Origin: Octopus vulgaris
Taxonomy: Eukaryota
Assembly (NCBI GenBank): GCA_951406725.2
Contig: OX597830.1
Coordinates: 12,090,001 to 12,154,000 of the forward strand
DNA length: 64,000 bases
Reading direction: 5' to 3'
Shown here: positions 40,315-54,899 of the stretch, one piece after another
How the letters are laid out: each line of letters begins with the position of its first letter
Position numbering within the stretch: position 1 is the stretch's first letter
Made by a program: the position numbers and the translations under genes
Notes under the pieces: model-generated
The model's database searches: none
What the model was told of the DNA's origin: nothing
Seen by the model: only the letters and a program-made list of their open reading frames with translations

Positions 40315-40914
40315 CCCTGCCATCATCATTTATCACCCATGTCCCATCCTGGCATGAGTTGGATGATTTGACAGTATCCACTGAGCCCAATGACTGCATC
40401 ATGTTTCTGTGTCTGCTTTGATATGGTTTCTATGGCTGGGGACCCCTTCCCACGTAAGCACATTACACCATATACTGGGTGCTTCTTCTGTCCTGTCCTA
40501 CCATCACTACTGAAATTACCATGCAGCACATAGATTATGAACTATAAAGAGGTCTTTATGCTTGAAAGTGAGATGTAAAATATGAGAGAAGAGGGTAGAT
40601 TATGTTCTTGTTGTAGAGTAATGACATGACTACTCACATTTATAAGGAGTGAAATGGCAAAGAATTGCATCAGTTGATGAGATACTGTACCTGCAATCCA
40701 TGCTAGTGTGAAGCAATGATGGACATATACATATGCAAGCAGTTTTGCACAAAAGAGAGCTCAATATTAGTACATTATAACAAAAATAGGCAACATAATC
40801 CTTAGGTGATTTATCAAATAATCAGCTTTAAAAAAATCCTATTCTTTGTAGGCTGACCATCTTAAAATTGCTGTTAATGAACTTTAGCTGCAATGTAACA
40901 TTAAATATCAGTGT

Positions 40915-41360
40915 TAGTTCTTCTTGTGCTCTCAAGCATATTGGGCAACAAGTTGACACCACTGGCTTCTGTTGGCCGTGGTTTTCTCTACGTTTGCCCA
41001 TGTGATATTGACCTCTTGCATGTCAATTATGAATGTCGTTTGCCATGTAGTTTTTGGTCTACTTCTTTCTTTTTCGCCCCTTGGTGGTGTCCATTTCAAA
41101 GATTTTAGAATGGCATTGTTCTGTAACTGAAATATATGTCCTGCTAGTTTCAGTCTTTGTGCTGTCATGATTTTTGCTAAGTGGTCTTCCCAGTTCATTC
41201 ACAAAGTCCTTTTCACCCAACTTTAGTGGAACACATCGAGCTTTCTGTCCATTTTCACAGAGCTCTTCCATGTCTTACTAGCACTGAGAACTGTTGATAG
41301 AATTCTGCTATTATAGAGTTAGATCTTTGTGTAAGCTAAAGGTGTTGGAGGACCAGATAG
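40915..41360 (-). mobile_element. RTE-clade LINE 3' fragment
   Basis: Peptide RLKLAGHI...LKWTPP.G...SRPKTTWQTT...DM......W......A.RSQW..LVAQ. Confidence 0.8.
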
Positions 41361-41379
41361 TGCACATTTTCTGGAAAAG

Positions 41380-42460
41380 TATTCATTAAAATTTAATAAA
41401 GTCTATAAGCACAAATTTATATTTTATGAATGCCTGTTTGCAAACTTATGACTGTTCTGGTCCAGGCACCACTAGTAATGCAAAGCAATGGAATCACAAA
41501 CATCAATAAACATTTCATTTAGAATTTGTGTATGTTCTCGTTCAATGGCAGCCCTCAATTCATTAAATGTTGCAAGTTTTTACTGTCAGTCCTTGTAAAA
41601 ATATGTAGTAGTGTGAATTCCAGTGAATGCAGAAGTTATTCTACTCAACCTCTTTGACCAATCCACCTATTTGTCAAAATTTCATCAAGATTCTTCCTTA
41701 CATTACTGTAGTAGTGTTGGGCATTCCATCTCGCTGGAAATAAAATTCAACATTTTCAAAGATCTCTTGAATGCTTTGTGTGACAGATTGTCAAAAGTTC
41801 AAGTAAATGGAACTGGTTACACACTGTCAAGAAAAGAATAGTCCAATTAATTCTTGTGATGGTATGATGCACCATACTGTGACTCCTGGTAAATTACCAG
41901 AACATACTTCCATAATATGCAAATTCTCAGATCCCTAATAGGTGCAACTGTGGCAGTTAACTGAACTATTTAAATTTATCCTCATCACTCCAAATTACCT
42001 TTGTTGCAAAGATTCAGTGAAACCATGGACTATTCTTGGACTGTCATTTTACCAAGGGCAGCATTTCAAATGGGATGGATGTTTGGTTTTTTTAAATTCC
42101 TGCCTTATGACTCACTTACTGGACAGATTTTCTTGAACTCTGGGAATACGCTTCTAGAATCCTTCCTTGTGGGGCTTATCAGTGCCTGCAGTGTTTTGGA
42201 ATATTTTTTATAGACATTCTGAATAGTTCTAACTGCTTCAAACTTATCTCTAATTTGAGTGATGGTGAATTACGTAGGTGGATATGCTTCAAGCTTCCCT
42301 CTAAACAGTCTTTGCACTTTCAGTAGTCCTTTAGGCTAAATTTCCTTTCTTCAAGGCTTAGTCTGGTTCCCTTCATTATTTCTAATAGGTTAAATCTAAA
42401 AAATATAAACTGAGTTGTCGACTGTTAAAGTACATATACATTTTTGGGGGGATGCCCTAT
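41380..42460 (-). mobile_element. Fossil Tc1/mariner-superfamily transposon
   Basis: Degraded WIGQRG*VE*LLHSLEFTLLHIF, similar to WIGRxG..WPPRSPDLTPLDFF, followed by an EL...I.RE tail. The 5' end resembles a TA-cagggtgtccc-type TIR. Confidence 0.6.
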
Positions 42461-42543
42461 GTATGTATGTATGTATGTATGTATGTATGTATGTATGTAT
42501 GTATGTATGTATGTATGTATGTGAGTGTGTGCGTGTGTGTGTG

Positions 42544-42576
<33 letters not shown>

Positions 42577-43275
42577 TGCATGTATAGTGCTAGTTAAAGT
42601 GAAAAACAATCAGTATTTAGAAGAGATCATGTTCTTTTGTGAAAATTTCTTCAAAGTTAGTTTTGAATTAAAGCACATTTCATTGAAGACTGCAAAATCA
42701 AAATACATACACCTGGTCCAATGTATTAATTAAACCTTCACACCATTATTGTTGACTTTAGAAAGGGTTGTTGTTGCTGGTCCTTAAGGTGAAAGTTTGG
42801 AAGATTATAATAATGGAGAAGGTGACATAATGCTGCCTGCTGTTCTTTCTGAGTTTGAAAATTATTGACAAATTTATCAGTCTTGCAGATAAAGACCTCC
42901 TTAACTCCCTAAAGCAAAGCATAAAGATGTTTTTTAGTGGCTTTGAGTTTAATATCAGTTAATGACAGATATATATTTATGGAAAGCAAGAGACATCTAA
43001 CTGCTGACAGGTATAAACAAATTCAGGTGTATATTCATTTTTACACATACACTCACATTTACAAGTATATACACTTATAGATTTATGAACACACACACAC
43101 ACACACATATACACATACATGTACATGCACGTACATACGCATTCACTTGTATGAATACATGCAAATGTATATGCAGAGATAGATATATTCACACATACTT
43201 ATATACACATATGTATTCAAACATACATGTATTCATGCATACATAAACATATTTGCATACACACATATATACATT

Positions 43276-43320
<45 letters not shown>

Positions 43321-45337
43321 AAATACAAAATGGGACAAGAACGCAAAACATCCGGACAACTAGGTGATACAAAAAGGGACAACAAAACATCCAACTAGAT
43401 GATACAAAAAAACAAGTATGGGTCATTCGAAGCCTTTTATCCTCAGTCAAGAACTGATCATCCTCGCAATTTCAGCTGATTAATCTTGAGATTGCTCTAA
43501 TCTGGCCAGCCCCATGGAAAAACTAAGCTAAGAGCATTAGATTCCTTGGAAAAAAGTATGGAATGTATACAAAAACAAGGACAGAAAAACAGACGATGTT
43601 ACATGAATATAAATACAAAAATACAATAAAAATAATAATAAAAATTATAATTACAGGACATAACAACAGGCGTCTTTCGACTGGGGATGAATTGAATTCA
43701 GCTGGCATGTGGGGAAATGAAGCCCTACGGCAGAGGGAAGAATATCAATGTGGCAGTGACCATGGTCAGATGCAAAAGGGCTAGCAGTTGGCCAATCGTT
43801 CATGTGAGAAGGGAAGAGAGAGAAAAAGAAGAACAAAAGAATTAAAGAGGGGGAGAAGAGAGAGAGAGAGAGAGTGTGTAGAAGCAAATAGACAGAAGAA
43901 TCATGGAGTGGCAAGAAAAAAAGAGAGACAGGGACATAGTAAAGGGAAAAGTGAGTAAGAAAGGCAAAGAAATGGGAGAGAGAGGGGGGAGAAAGAAAGA
44001 ACGAAGCATGAAAAGGTTGAAAAATCGTACAAATTTAGTGAAATGTGTACTTATATATATATATATATATGAACACATACACACACACACTCATCAGCAA
44101 ATGCTTATATACATAAGTAGCACACATGTATATACATAAAGATACATGTAGACTTTTTGGTAAGTGTAAGCAAGTCTATGTATGAATATATGACTATACA
44201 GTTACTATTATTATACATATATATGTAGGCGGTATGGAGAAATACATTCCATTTTTGCAAGGAAGAATAATTTCAGTTGAATAGCAGAAACTTATTTGTT
44301 ATGGGTGTTTAAGTTTAGAACAAAATTACATTTTGAAATTTTAAATTAATTCAAAATCTAACAACAAAATCTGTTTGGCTGCTATTTAGTATTTACTATT
44401 AATTTTATCCTGTAGTCTTTCCTTATTTGCTAAAGTAGTAGTCACAATACTGCAGTTTGAAATCAATACTCTTTAGTTTTAAAGTCCTTATATATTCTAC
44501 TAGTGATGTATCAATTTTTTGTTAGTAAAGTTGTTTGTGCATAATGAAGCAATGTTTGAGAATGTTTGCTGTGGCATCAATATAATACTGCCAAGGGTAA
44601 TGACTTCATATTATGGATTAGGTTTTTTAAAGAACATTTTTATTAGGCAGTTACCTTTAAGTAGACATTGAGTTGGTTGTCTACAATTACAAGAAAATGA
44701 ACTTAAATGGGGGAATTCTTGAGGAGCTGGTATATCTTTGTTTGTCACACTGCTATTCAGGGGTTGACTTTTTTGTAGTAATTATGGTATTTGTATTATT
44801 ACTATTATGTTACTTTAAATATTAGTGTCTTTAATATTAATATTATAATTGCTTCCATTGTTAGTGAGAAAAGGTAGTCTAGTTTGAAGAGGTTCTCTGT
44901 CATCATTGCTAAAGTTTGAATTTGTATGAATAATATTCATATGATTCCATCTCCTGTCCTGTGTACAGTTTATGGTACTTAGTGCCAGTTGGGAAGTATT
45001 TTTTATATTATTAATATTAGGTTGAGTATGTGTAGAGATTACATCATTAGTCTTATTTGTGAAGTTAGCCATTGACAAGGATAAGTTGTCAATGGCTAAC
45101 TGTAAAGTTATTATGAATGCTATGCTGGGGCAAAATGTTTTTCTTTAGTATCTCAAAGAAATTCCTAGGTATGTGAGTTCTTACATGCCTTCTGTATGGA
45201 GAGTTATAACACATTATTTTTTCATTAGTTCTCTGACTGTAAATTTTTGTGGAATGTCTATATTCTACTTTGTAGAATATTGAGATAGGAAAACTCTTGG
45301 ATAGAAAATAGTTGAAGGTTACATAAATATATATCAG

Positions 45338-45382
<45 letters not shown>

Positions 45383-45659
45383 CACATCTATATATATGCA
45401 TATATATATTAGGCTGAGTAAAAAGTAAGCAGACATGGCTGTGTGGTAAGAAGCTTGCTTCCCAACCACATGGTTCTGGGTTCAGTCCCACTGCATGGCA
45501 CCTTAGGCAAGTGTCTTCTACTCGAGCCTCAAGCTGACCAAAGTCTTGCGTGTGAATTTGGTAGATGGAAACTGAGAGAAGCCCATCGTATATATATATG
45601 CATACATACATACATACATACGTACATACATATATGTATATACTTACATACATACATGC

Positions 45660-45788
<129 letters not shown>

Positions 45789-48011
45789 GATAGATAGATA
45801 GACAGATAGATAGAGAGAGGGGGAGAGAGAGAAATTGAGGGGTGCACATGAAAGAAGGATTATTGGTATTATGAAATTAATGTTAACATTTCTCTTAACT
45901 ACTAGGGCTTAATGCACATTTCTTGACCCTAAGTGGAGAATAGATAAATCCACCTCTAGGTAGGTCTTCTCATACATAGGTAATATTACTATACCTGATG
46001 ATTATATAAGCTTGAATCAATGTGGTACAAAAACTGTTGTAGCCAGAAAACAATGAAATGTCTGAAGTGAAGTCAGCCAATATGTTATTATCTAATTCAG
46101 TTAGTATATTCTTTTCTAATTTTTGTAGTTTTAAAAAGTTAATAAGTAATTATTTAGCTAATTATAAAATAATTAGAAATAAAGCTTGTTTAGATTAGAT
46201 TGAACAATTTAAATAGAAACAAAATTAAAATCCTACAAATGAGTTTGTTAGTAAGTAAACTGAGGATTCAAATTTATTTTTTCTTATTTTATGTGTGAAC
46301 TTTTATTTTAATTTATTCTACAATGATTATTGTTAATAAATAACCAAATCTCTTGAAATATTTGTTTTAATTATATATAGATGAATTGTTTTTAAGCTAT
46401 AAATTTATATTTTTACTACATATTAATTTCCTTAAAAATCCTACAATCTTGTAACACATATTTATAATAGACAGATTCCAAGATTCAAAGGATTTTTAAA
46501 AAATAATGAATGTAATTTTTAATAATCCTTATGTATAAAATTTGTTTTTCTTTAATTTAGGAAATAATGCTTTTGGACTATTCTTTAACTAGAATATAAT
46601 ACATTTGAGAATTTTATTATCATTTCCATTGATCTTTAAAAGTTTCTAAAATATGATTTGAGAAACTATAATATTCCATGAAGATTTTCCTTGTGAATCC
46701 AGAATGACAAGATCAATAAATCTTCCCTATTCAAAAATACAATTGAATATAAGCAATTGCTTCTTATTCATTTCCCATAAACCTGACATTTTCTTACAGT
46801 TGATAAATACATAAATTCTTCCAGCATTTCCATGTTTACGTTAATATCCCTCTTTTTAGTTTGCTGCTTTAATTTTTGATATGAACACATTTGTATTTTT
46901 TTGTGTGTGATTGCTGTCATTTCGCAATAATTATTTTTGATGTTGTTGCTCATATGCCGTATTAAAGATAAGCTCTAAGGTTATGAATATCTGGTCATCC
47001 ACACTGTTCTTATTTTGGATAGACAATCTGACTCTTACACTTTTGTCCTGTTTCTGCTTTATACACACTATTAATTTATATTTAAAAAAGAACATTTCTT
47101 GAAGAAACAAACTTTTAGAAACCTATAAATTATATTTGATTTTAAAGATACTGCGACATCAATTCCTTTTTTAATAAATATCAAATTACAAACGTTGATA
47201 TTTCATATTTATTAACATTGAAATTACATTTCTTCCAATAGCTTTTGTCTTTACATGAACAAATAGTTAAGATTTTCAAAAATTAATATCTAATTTAATA
47301 ATTTATTATTTAGGATATTACCAATCATACTATACCAGTCATATTACACTTATTTGAATATTACCAATAATTTTATACATATTAGAATTATCTAAAAATT
47401 TGTTATACATTATTTACATGACATACATTTAAGATGACAGAAAAACACAAAAGACAACTATGCATTTTAAATTTTGGTTTAAAAATTTGTCAGTCTTATT
47501 TTAAGATATGACAACAGAACAGATGAAGTTCTGAATTTCTGACAAACATTGTATCTTTTCCTGAAGCAGATGGCTTTTCTTTCTGTAATATGTCTGAAAT
47601 GAAAAGATATTAAGTATAATTTTTTAAGATCTCAGCTAAATGATTATCATAAGAGAATAGTGACAGCTGTAAAAGATATGTGCCAAAATTCAAATATTTG
47701 AATATATTTATATGTATACACATACATATATGCATACTCTTACACTCACATATATAAGCATAGATACATATATGTATATGTCTAGCTATAATGATATATA
47801 TATATGTTTAGATATATATATATGTCTATATATATGTTTAGATATATATATATGTCTATATATATGTTTAGATATATATATATGTATATACATATATATA
47901 TATATATACACACATGGAGATATACACACGCACACACATATTTATATATATATGCACATACATATGTATATGTAAATACATGCATAAATACATGCATATA
48001 TAATACGTACA

Positions 48012-48045
<34 letters not shown>

Positions 48046-48089
48046 CATACATACATATATATATATATATATGTGTGTGTGTGTATATA

Positions 48090-48959
48090 TCAGGTCTGAT
48101 CAATAAGTATCCACACTGTTGCCATAGTAATGGGGCTAAAGCTAAAGCTGCTTCGCACAGATTAGCCTTGATCTCTGTTGTGCATGTGCACTAAATTTTA
48201 ACATTCTAGCTCACTTCCACTGTTTACAGCAGTGCTTGGAAGGAAGGTGTGTAGCATGTGATAACCGCATTAACCATGACAGAGAAAGTTGAGCAGAGAA
48301 TCTGCATCAAATTTTGCCAAAAGGTTAGCCATACCTGCTCAGAGGCCTATGCAAAGGTTTCAAAAAATTTCATCATTCTCAACACAATCAAGGAGATCTT
48401 GTGCAACTGAATCCCAAGTGCCTTTTTGGTCAGCTGAAAGCAGTTTTGGCACAAACTTGGCAGACACACACCTCATACCCAAATCTTCAGTGATAATGGA
48501 CTGAACTGAACTGTAACTAATCTGCACATCTTCTGATAACTCAAGGGTGGTGATTCGACGATTTCCCCTCACAGCTCATGCACCTCTGAAATATTTTCTC
48601 AGTTCTGCTGGTTGCGGGTCTCCTAGAACGTTTATCAATATCTTCATTTTTTTGGCAATCATGGAAACGTCTGGACCCTGTGCAGCTCATACACTCCTCT
48701 CCATACACTTTATGCAAATTTGTGTAGGCCTCTGAGCAGGTATTGCCATGACAGCTTTATGTCATGGTCAGTGTGATTATCACATGCTACACACCTTACT
48801 TCCAAGCATTGCTGTAAACAGTGGAAATGAGCTAGAATGTTAAAACTTAGTGCACATGCTCAACAGAGATCAAGGCTAATCTGTGCCAAACAGCTTCAAA
48901 CTGTGTGCTTTAGCTTCGTTACTATGACAACAGTCCGGATACTTATTGATCAGACCCCG
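48090..48959 (-). mobile_element. Mariner-derived foldback element: two inverted 5' ends (~260 bp arms) around a transposase fragment; TA TSD
   Basis: The arms are reverse complements from ggtctgatcaataagtatcc inward to acctgctcagaggcct. The left arm encodes MTEKVEQRICIKFCQK; the core encodes RRITTLELSEDVQIS..VQSIITEDLGMRCVSAKFVPKLL on the minus strand. TA at 48088-48089 and 48960-48961. Confidence 0.92.
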
Positions 48960-49113
48960 TATGTATATATGATGTAATGTTGATTTTGCTAGTATTTCTA
49001 GCTATATATTAACTTTGCAATGTAAAAGGAGCACAATCATGTGATAGAGCAACTTTATAGGATTTATTAGAAACTGGGTATTTTACATCATATTTATCAG
49101 AGTTTCTGAAAGC

Positions 49114-49171
<58 letters not shown>

Positions 49172-49323
49172 CGAGAAAGAGTGTGAGAGAGAGAAAGAGA
49201 TAGATAGATAGATAAATTGAATATACATATATATATATTATATGCACAGATATAAATATACATATATACATGTATATGTGTGTAGACATCTATACTTACG
49301 CATATATATATATATTCATATTA

Positions 49324-49371
<48 letters not shown>

Positions 49372-49903
49372 TGTTATTATATATTCATATATGTATATAT
49401 ATATATATGCATATGCATACTGTATATATATGTGTGTGTGGGGGCGGGGAGGTGTAGATGTATATATTTATGTATGGATATACATAAATATTTTTCGTAT
49501 ATATAATGCAAAAATTTGCTGAAAGAATAATTGGTCTAAAAGCTTCAGTTGATATTATATATCTCCTCTTAAAATAGCTTGTTTTAACATTTGAATATTT
49601 TAAATACTAATATAGCTTAAGTTTATCTAATTTTAATGAAAATCTGATTTTGCTTCAATATATCTTATATTCAGCTAATATAGCATGGTTCGCATGATCT
49701 GCTGGAGATTTATATTTGCTTCATGTTCAACAATTTTTAGAGTCAATTTGTTTGTACACACACACACACACACACTCTCACACACTCACAAACACACACA
49801 CACGCATGCATGCTCACAAAATACACACACATACAATACTTTTTCCATTAGAGTACAGAAATAATTTTAGGAAATACTTGAACACAGACAATAATGGAAA
49901 TAA

Positions 49904-49939
<36 letters not shown>

Positions 49940-49940
49940 A

Positions 49941-50249
49941 TATCACGTGATCACGTGACCGACCAGACCATCAGATGTTGTTACACATCGCTGGTCACAA
50001 TGCGTTCGCATTGTTTTAGCCTTTGAATGACGCCACCCCGCTGGCTAAGCAAGCAGGCCAACAGAAGAAAGAGTGGGAGAAAGAGTGGTGAAAGAGTACA
50101 GCAGGGATCACCACCCCCTGCCAGAGCCTCGTGGAGCTTTTAGGTGTTTTCGTTCAATAAACACTCACAACGCCCGGTCTGGGAATCGAAACCGCGATCC
50201 TGCGACCGTGAGTCCGCTGCCCAAACCACTAGGCCATTGCACCTCCACA
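49941..50249 (-). mobile_element. tRNA-derived SINE family D, full length
   Basis: Minus-strand head gtggaggtgcaatggcctagtggt...ggtttcgattcccagacc; CpG-rich; ends cacgtgatcacgtgata. Confidence 0.85.
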
Positions 50250-50253
50250 TATA

Positions 50254-50296
<43 letters not shown>

Positions 50297-50315
50297 TTAT
50301 AGATGAAGTATGAAG

Positions 50316-50395
<80 letters not shown>

Positions 50396-50408
50396 GTATA
50401 TATACACT

Positions 50409-50451
<43 letters not shown>

Positions 50452-50459
50452 GTATATAT

Positions 50460-50495
<36 letters not shown>

Positions 50496-51575
50496 GTATG
50501 TGTATATATACACACATACACACACATGTATATATATGTTTGTGTATATTTTTACATATACATGCACATCCACACAGACACACGTATAAGTACATATATG
50601 TGTGTGAGTGTGTGTGTGTGTGAGTGTGTGTGTGTAAGTGTGTGTGTATATCAGTTTATGTTGTGTGTACATCTGGTGATAAAATATGTTAAGCTTTACA
50701 ACATTCAGCAATTTTTTTTTGTAAGATCATGTCATTCATGGATTTCACCATCATTTGAGTGGATTAAAGCCTTCCACTTTGAATCTTGGTACATATGAAA
50801 TCTATAGTTAGCATTTGTTAATCTTCAATGTTAATATTTAAAATCATAAATAGTTATAGAAATGAAATATACAACAATATTTATTTATTTTGTCAATTCT
50901 GATCCATCATAGAATTTTAGGGAAATTTCACTTTTCTGTTCATCATTCTATTATGTCATTTGCATTTTATGTGTAAGTATATAAATGTGTATATACTCAT
51001 TCTGTGTGTATGTGTGTGTGTGTGTGTGTGTGCACGCATGTTTATGTATATGTGTGTGTGTGAGTATGTGTGTGTGTGTACGTACAGATACATATATCCA
51101 ACTATCTATCTATCTATCTATCTATATGTGTGTTTGTATACACAAAATTGCCTAAAACACATAGAAACTATCCGTATCATGTGAATCTGTATTTTAAAAT
51201 TTTAGTAAGCATTTTTGTGTACACCTTGTGTACTTAAATAAATTAGGAAGAAAAAGGGGGAAAATGGATAATTTGTTTGCTCATTAAAAAAAATTATTTT
51301 TGATTTTATTTCTGATAGAAAACAACTAGATATGCAATTATTAATGATTATTAAATGTCAAAATATAGAAAAAAAAAAAAATATATATATTATAAAGTCT
51401 TGCAAAGTAATGGTTTACCTGGCTCAATAAATGCAAAATACTTTTGAAAACTTAGGAATGACATCAGAATGAAAGGAAAAATTTTTGTTTCAAAAAATTT
51501 ATTAATATGGATGGTAAAATAGCAAAATTACCATTGAGTAGTTTGTATTACTAAAAGGCCCTGATACAGAAATTA

Positions 51576-51576
<1 letters not shown>

Positions 51577-51636
<60 letters not shown>

Positions 51637-51659
51637 TATTATTATTGTTATTATTGTTA

Positions 51660-51718
<59 letters not shown>
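51577..51718. repeat. (ATT)n microsatellite
   Basis: Trinucleotide run; source of the spurious poly-Asn ORF. Confidence 0.97.
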
Positions 51719-52089
51719 GTTAATGTTAGAAATCATTATTAGATACTTAAATGGAAAAAATGGGAAAATATTTTAAGCTGATACTAAAACAAGTATCTAT
51801 TTTTTTCATAGAATGTTTGTTCATTCTCATCTATATTTAGTGTAAAGAAAAAGATGAAATTCAAAATTGATTATCTTCAACTCTACTTTTAATTATTAAG
51901 GACCAATATACATACATACATACATACATACATACATGCATGCATGCATGCATGGCAGTGAGTTCCTCAGGATTAGTCTTCTTGATGATCTCCTATACAG
52001 CCCCAAAGCAGCTGGGCTCTCTTACCTCAGAGAAGACCTGCATGGAAAGCACTCAGCATACAACAAAAAGACTATGCAGGGTAGGTTGC

Positions 52090-52610
52090 CTGGAAGTTTG
52101 AAGAATACAGTAGAATTGACACAAAGCACAGCCTTTCTTGGACACAAGACTATCCTGAAATAAACTTAGAAAATTTTTCTGTTCTGGAATACATTCATAA
52201 ACACCAACTCAAGGAATATTGGTGGGATATTCCCATCAAAACTTCTATCAAATGTAAATATAACAAGCCGGATATTGTTGTTTGGGACAGACAGGCAAAG
52301 GTATGAACCATCATAGAAGTCAGCTGCTCTGCAGATATACATAGCTCTTTGTAAATGAAAGAAAAAGAGGATATCTATGGACAACTGCTTTGAAACCTCC
52401 AGCATCTATATCCAGACTATGAATTCATATTCATACCAATAATAATTAGAGCACTAGGTTTTTTTAGCAAATGCTTAAAGGAGAATTTGGATAAACTGGG
52501 ATTTTCAGAAAGAGAAAATGATCGACTAATTCGTACATTACAAGTGCAATCTGTATGTGGAACAGTAAAAGTATGCAAGACTTTTCCCAAGTTCCAAATG
52601 GGAATTTGTC
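52090..52610 (+). mobile_element. RLE-type LINE 3' fragment
   Basis: WWDIPIKTSIKCKYNKPDIVVWD..IIEVS and YEFIFIPIIIRALG remnants (PD-(D/E)xK endonuclease). Confidence 0.75.
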
Positions 52611-52689
52611 TGTGTTAACTTCCTCAGTGGAAAATTGCTAATAATTAAAAAATAGAAGAGACATACACAGACACACACACACACACATA

Positions 52690-52741
<52 letters not shown>

Positions 52742-52970
52742 AGAGTAAGCATATAAATGCGAAACAAGGTCGGAAAAAATAGTACTCGAATACCAGAGGT
52801 AGAGTAATATGCTTTATTAAAAATCTGTGTTCATTGATTGCTGTCCTTTGCTCATTTCTTTGCTTGGTGTCTTCTCAGAGAGGGACCAGAGTGGGCTAGT
52901 TGTATGTAGACATACAGCAATCAATGCACACTAGCTAACTGCCCCATCCGTGACACAGATTTATACCAAC

Positions 52971-53240
52971 GGATAAATGTTATGTATAGAATATAATGTA
53001 ACAAATGCAACAAGTTCTATGTGGGTAGCACAACAAGGCCATTACACATTCCCATCAAAGAACATCTGAGCATGAAAGCCTCCTCCTTCAGAAAACATCT
53101 AGACAGATGCCAGAACACCGACAAAAGCATAACAGCCACAATTGAGGCCAATGAAAGAAATTTGGGTAAATTAAAGATCAAGGAAGCTATCCTGATAGAC
53201 AGACTAGGGCCCCAAATTAACAACAGGCTGGTGGTTGGCA
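52971..53240 (+). mobile_element. Penelope-like GIY-YIG endonuclease fragment
   Basis: NVMYRI*CNKCNKFYVGSTTRPLHIPIKEH...KIKEAILI..LGPQIN. Confidence 0.85.
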
Positions 53241-54149
53241 ATCACTATATCATTTAGCTACATCTGGATGCATGTAGGTTCATTTTTGATAACATGCTCA
53301 TGTATTATGAAAAGAAATAAAAGAAACTGCACGTATAATACCAAACTTAGAAACAGCGCTGCAGATGTGCCAACATGCACGAGCTTGAGATATGGCCACC
53401 CTCATGCACCTCTCATGAGGAATTCTGGAAGGAGCTTTATGAGACCATTGCAGAAACGCTTCCAGAAAAAAAAATTTAGTAACCATTGGAAAACTGACTA
53501 TAGCAGTGACTCGACCAATTCCAAGCGATATCTGAAGAAGAAATTTTTGTATTCTGAAATATCATCATTATATCAGACTATGGATAATTAAATTATAACA
53601 GTTATTAAGTCCACTCTGCATTGTCGTGCCATTCAAGATGTTATATTTTAGAAACAATACACAATGCTTCAAGTGAACTACAATACTCTCATATAAAGAC
53701 ATATATATATACATATATATATATACATATATATATATATATGTTCAAATCTTATATAAATCTTGTTTCCCCATTAATTTTGATATTCATCCCTCCACAC
53801 CGTGCCTGCATCTCTCTCTTCCCCATTCACTCTTGCAACCTACTCAGTGGAATTCATAATGATATTATAACCATAATAGGTGCTCATATCAAATCAACTG
53901 TCCTCATTGTTGTACCATCCCAGAATATATTCCATATTATATGTATTATTATTAGAGTGTGTGTGTGTCATCCTCTCACTGAACATTGTTACCTGTATTT
54001 TACCTTATATTTTCATATTTGCTCTTCTTATGATTATTATTTCTTCTATTACTATGGATATTCTCATTGTTATTATTGTTGTTGTGACTGTTACTACCAT
54101 TATCACTATTCCTGTTTAGCTGGCCATCATTTTTAAAGTTTTCCGTACT

Positions 54150-54880
54150 GTTATTACAGTTTCTATCTGAGTTATTGTTATTACTGTCATTATGAGTAGG
54201 GTGGTGTGAATTATAAAATAGTCTTTATGTCTATAATAGATCCAATATTAGGTGTAGCTGAGTATGACAGTTTAATTGTGAACAAATAAAAAAATTTGTG
54301 GTACTTATGTTGTGGGTAATAATACTAAATAGCTGTTCTGGCATCCCTTAACATTTAAGCAGATTAGAGGTGTATACCAAAGGATATACACCTCTCTTCT
54401 TGCTCTTGTTAGATAATCCTGAAATTTGGGGAGAAGTCTAGTTTTCATTTAAGGATCATTTCTCATGTGCTCTTGTGGTTTAATTTAAGTGGTGGGGGGA
54501 TGTTGCAACAAATGTAATGATGGAATGAAATTGCTGTTTTTTGCAGAGTAGGTGTCCCTGTTAGAGTTAGGAATATTGTGTATGGCCTCTGTATGTTTAG
54601 ATTTAGGATCTAGCTTAGCCAAGCAATTCTGAAGTTTGGTGTTAGATAAAAAAATTTATTTTGTCGTGGTTATTAAACATTTCTTTGTTTGCAGACAGGT
54701 TAGAGATTCCAATGGAAATACTGTTTGACAATATTGATCTACGATTGTCAGATTTAATAGTGATATATTGAAAATACTCATTTGCTTTATGGTCTGGAGA
54801 ATATAAGGATGAGATTAAATCTAAGGCAATGTTGAGGAAATTAGTTGTTTTGTGGTTATCTCTATATGTTGTATAAATAT
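54150..54880 (-). mobile_element. Degraded Penelope-like RT/linker fragment
   Basis: NFLNIALDL....YSP.HK.N....YI...S....SI...ISNLSANKEMFNN resembles the PLE RT thumb region. Confidence 0.65.
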
Positions 54881-54899
54881 ACATCTGTCATAATCTTGT

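Noticed and set aside
47790-47885. 30-bp unit repeated about three times
   Set aside because: Slippage-derived higher-order repeat within a TA microsatellite; ordinary.
51551-51736. Poly-Asn ORF
   Set aside because: An (ATT)n microsatellite read on the minus strand.
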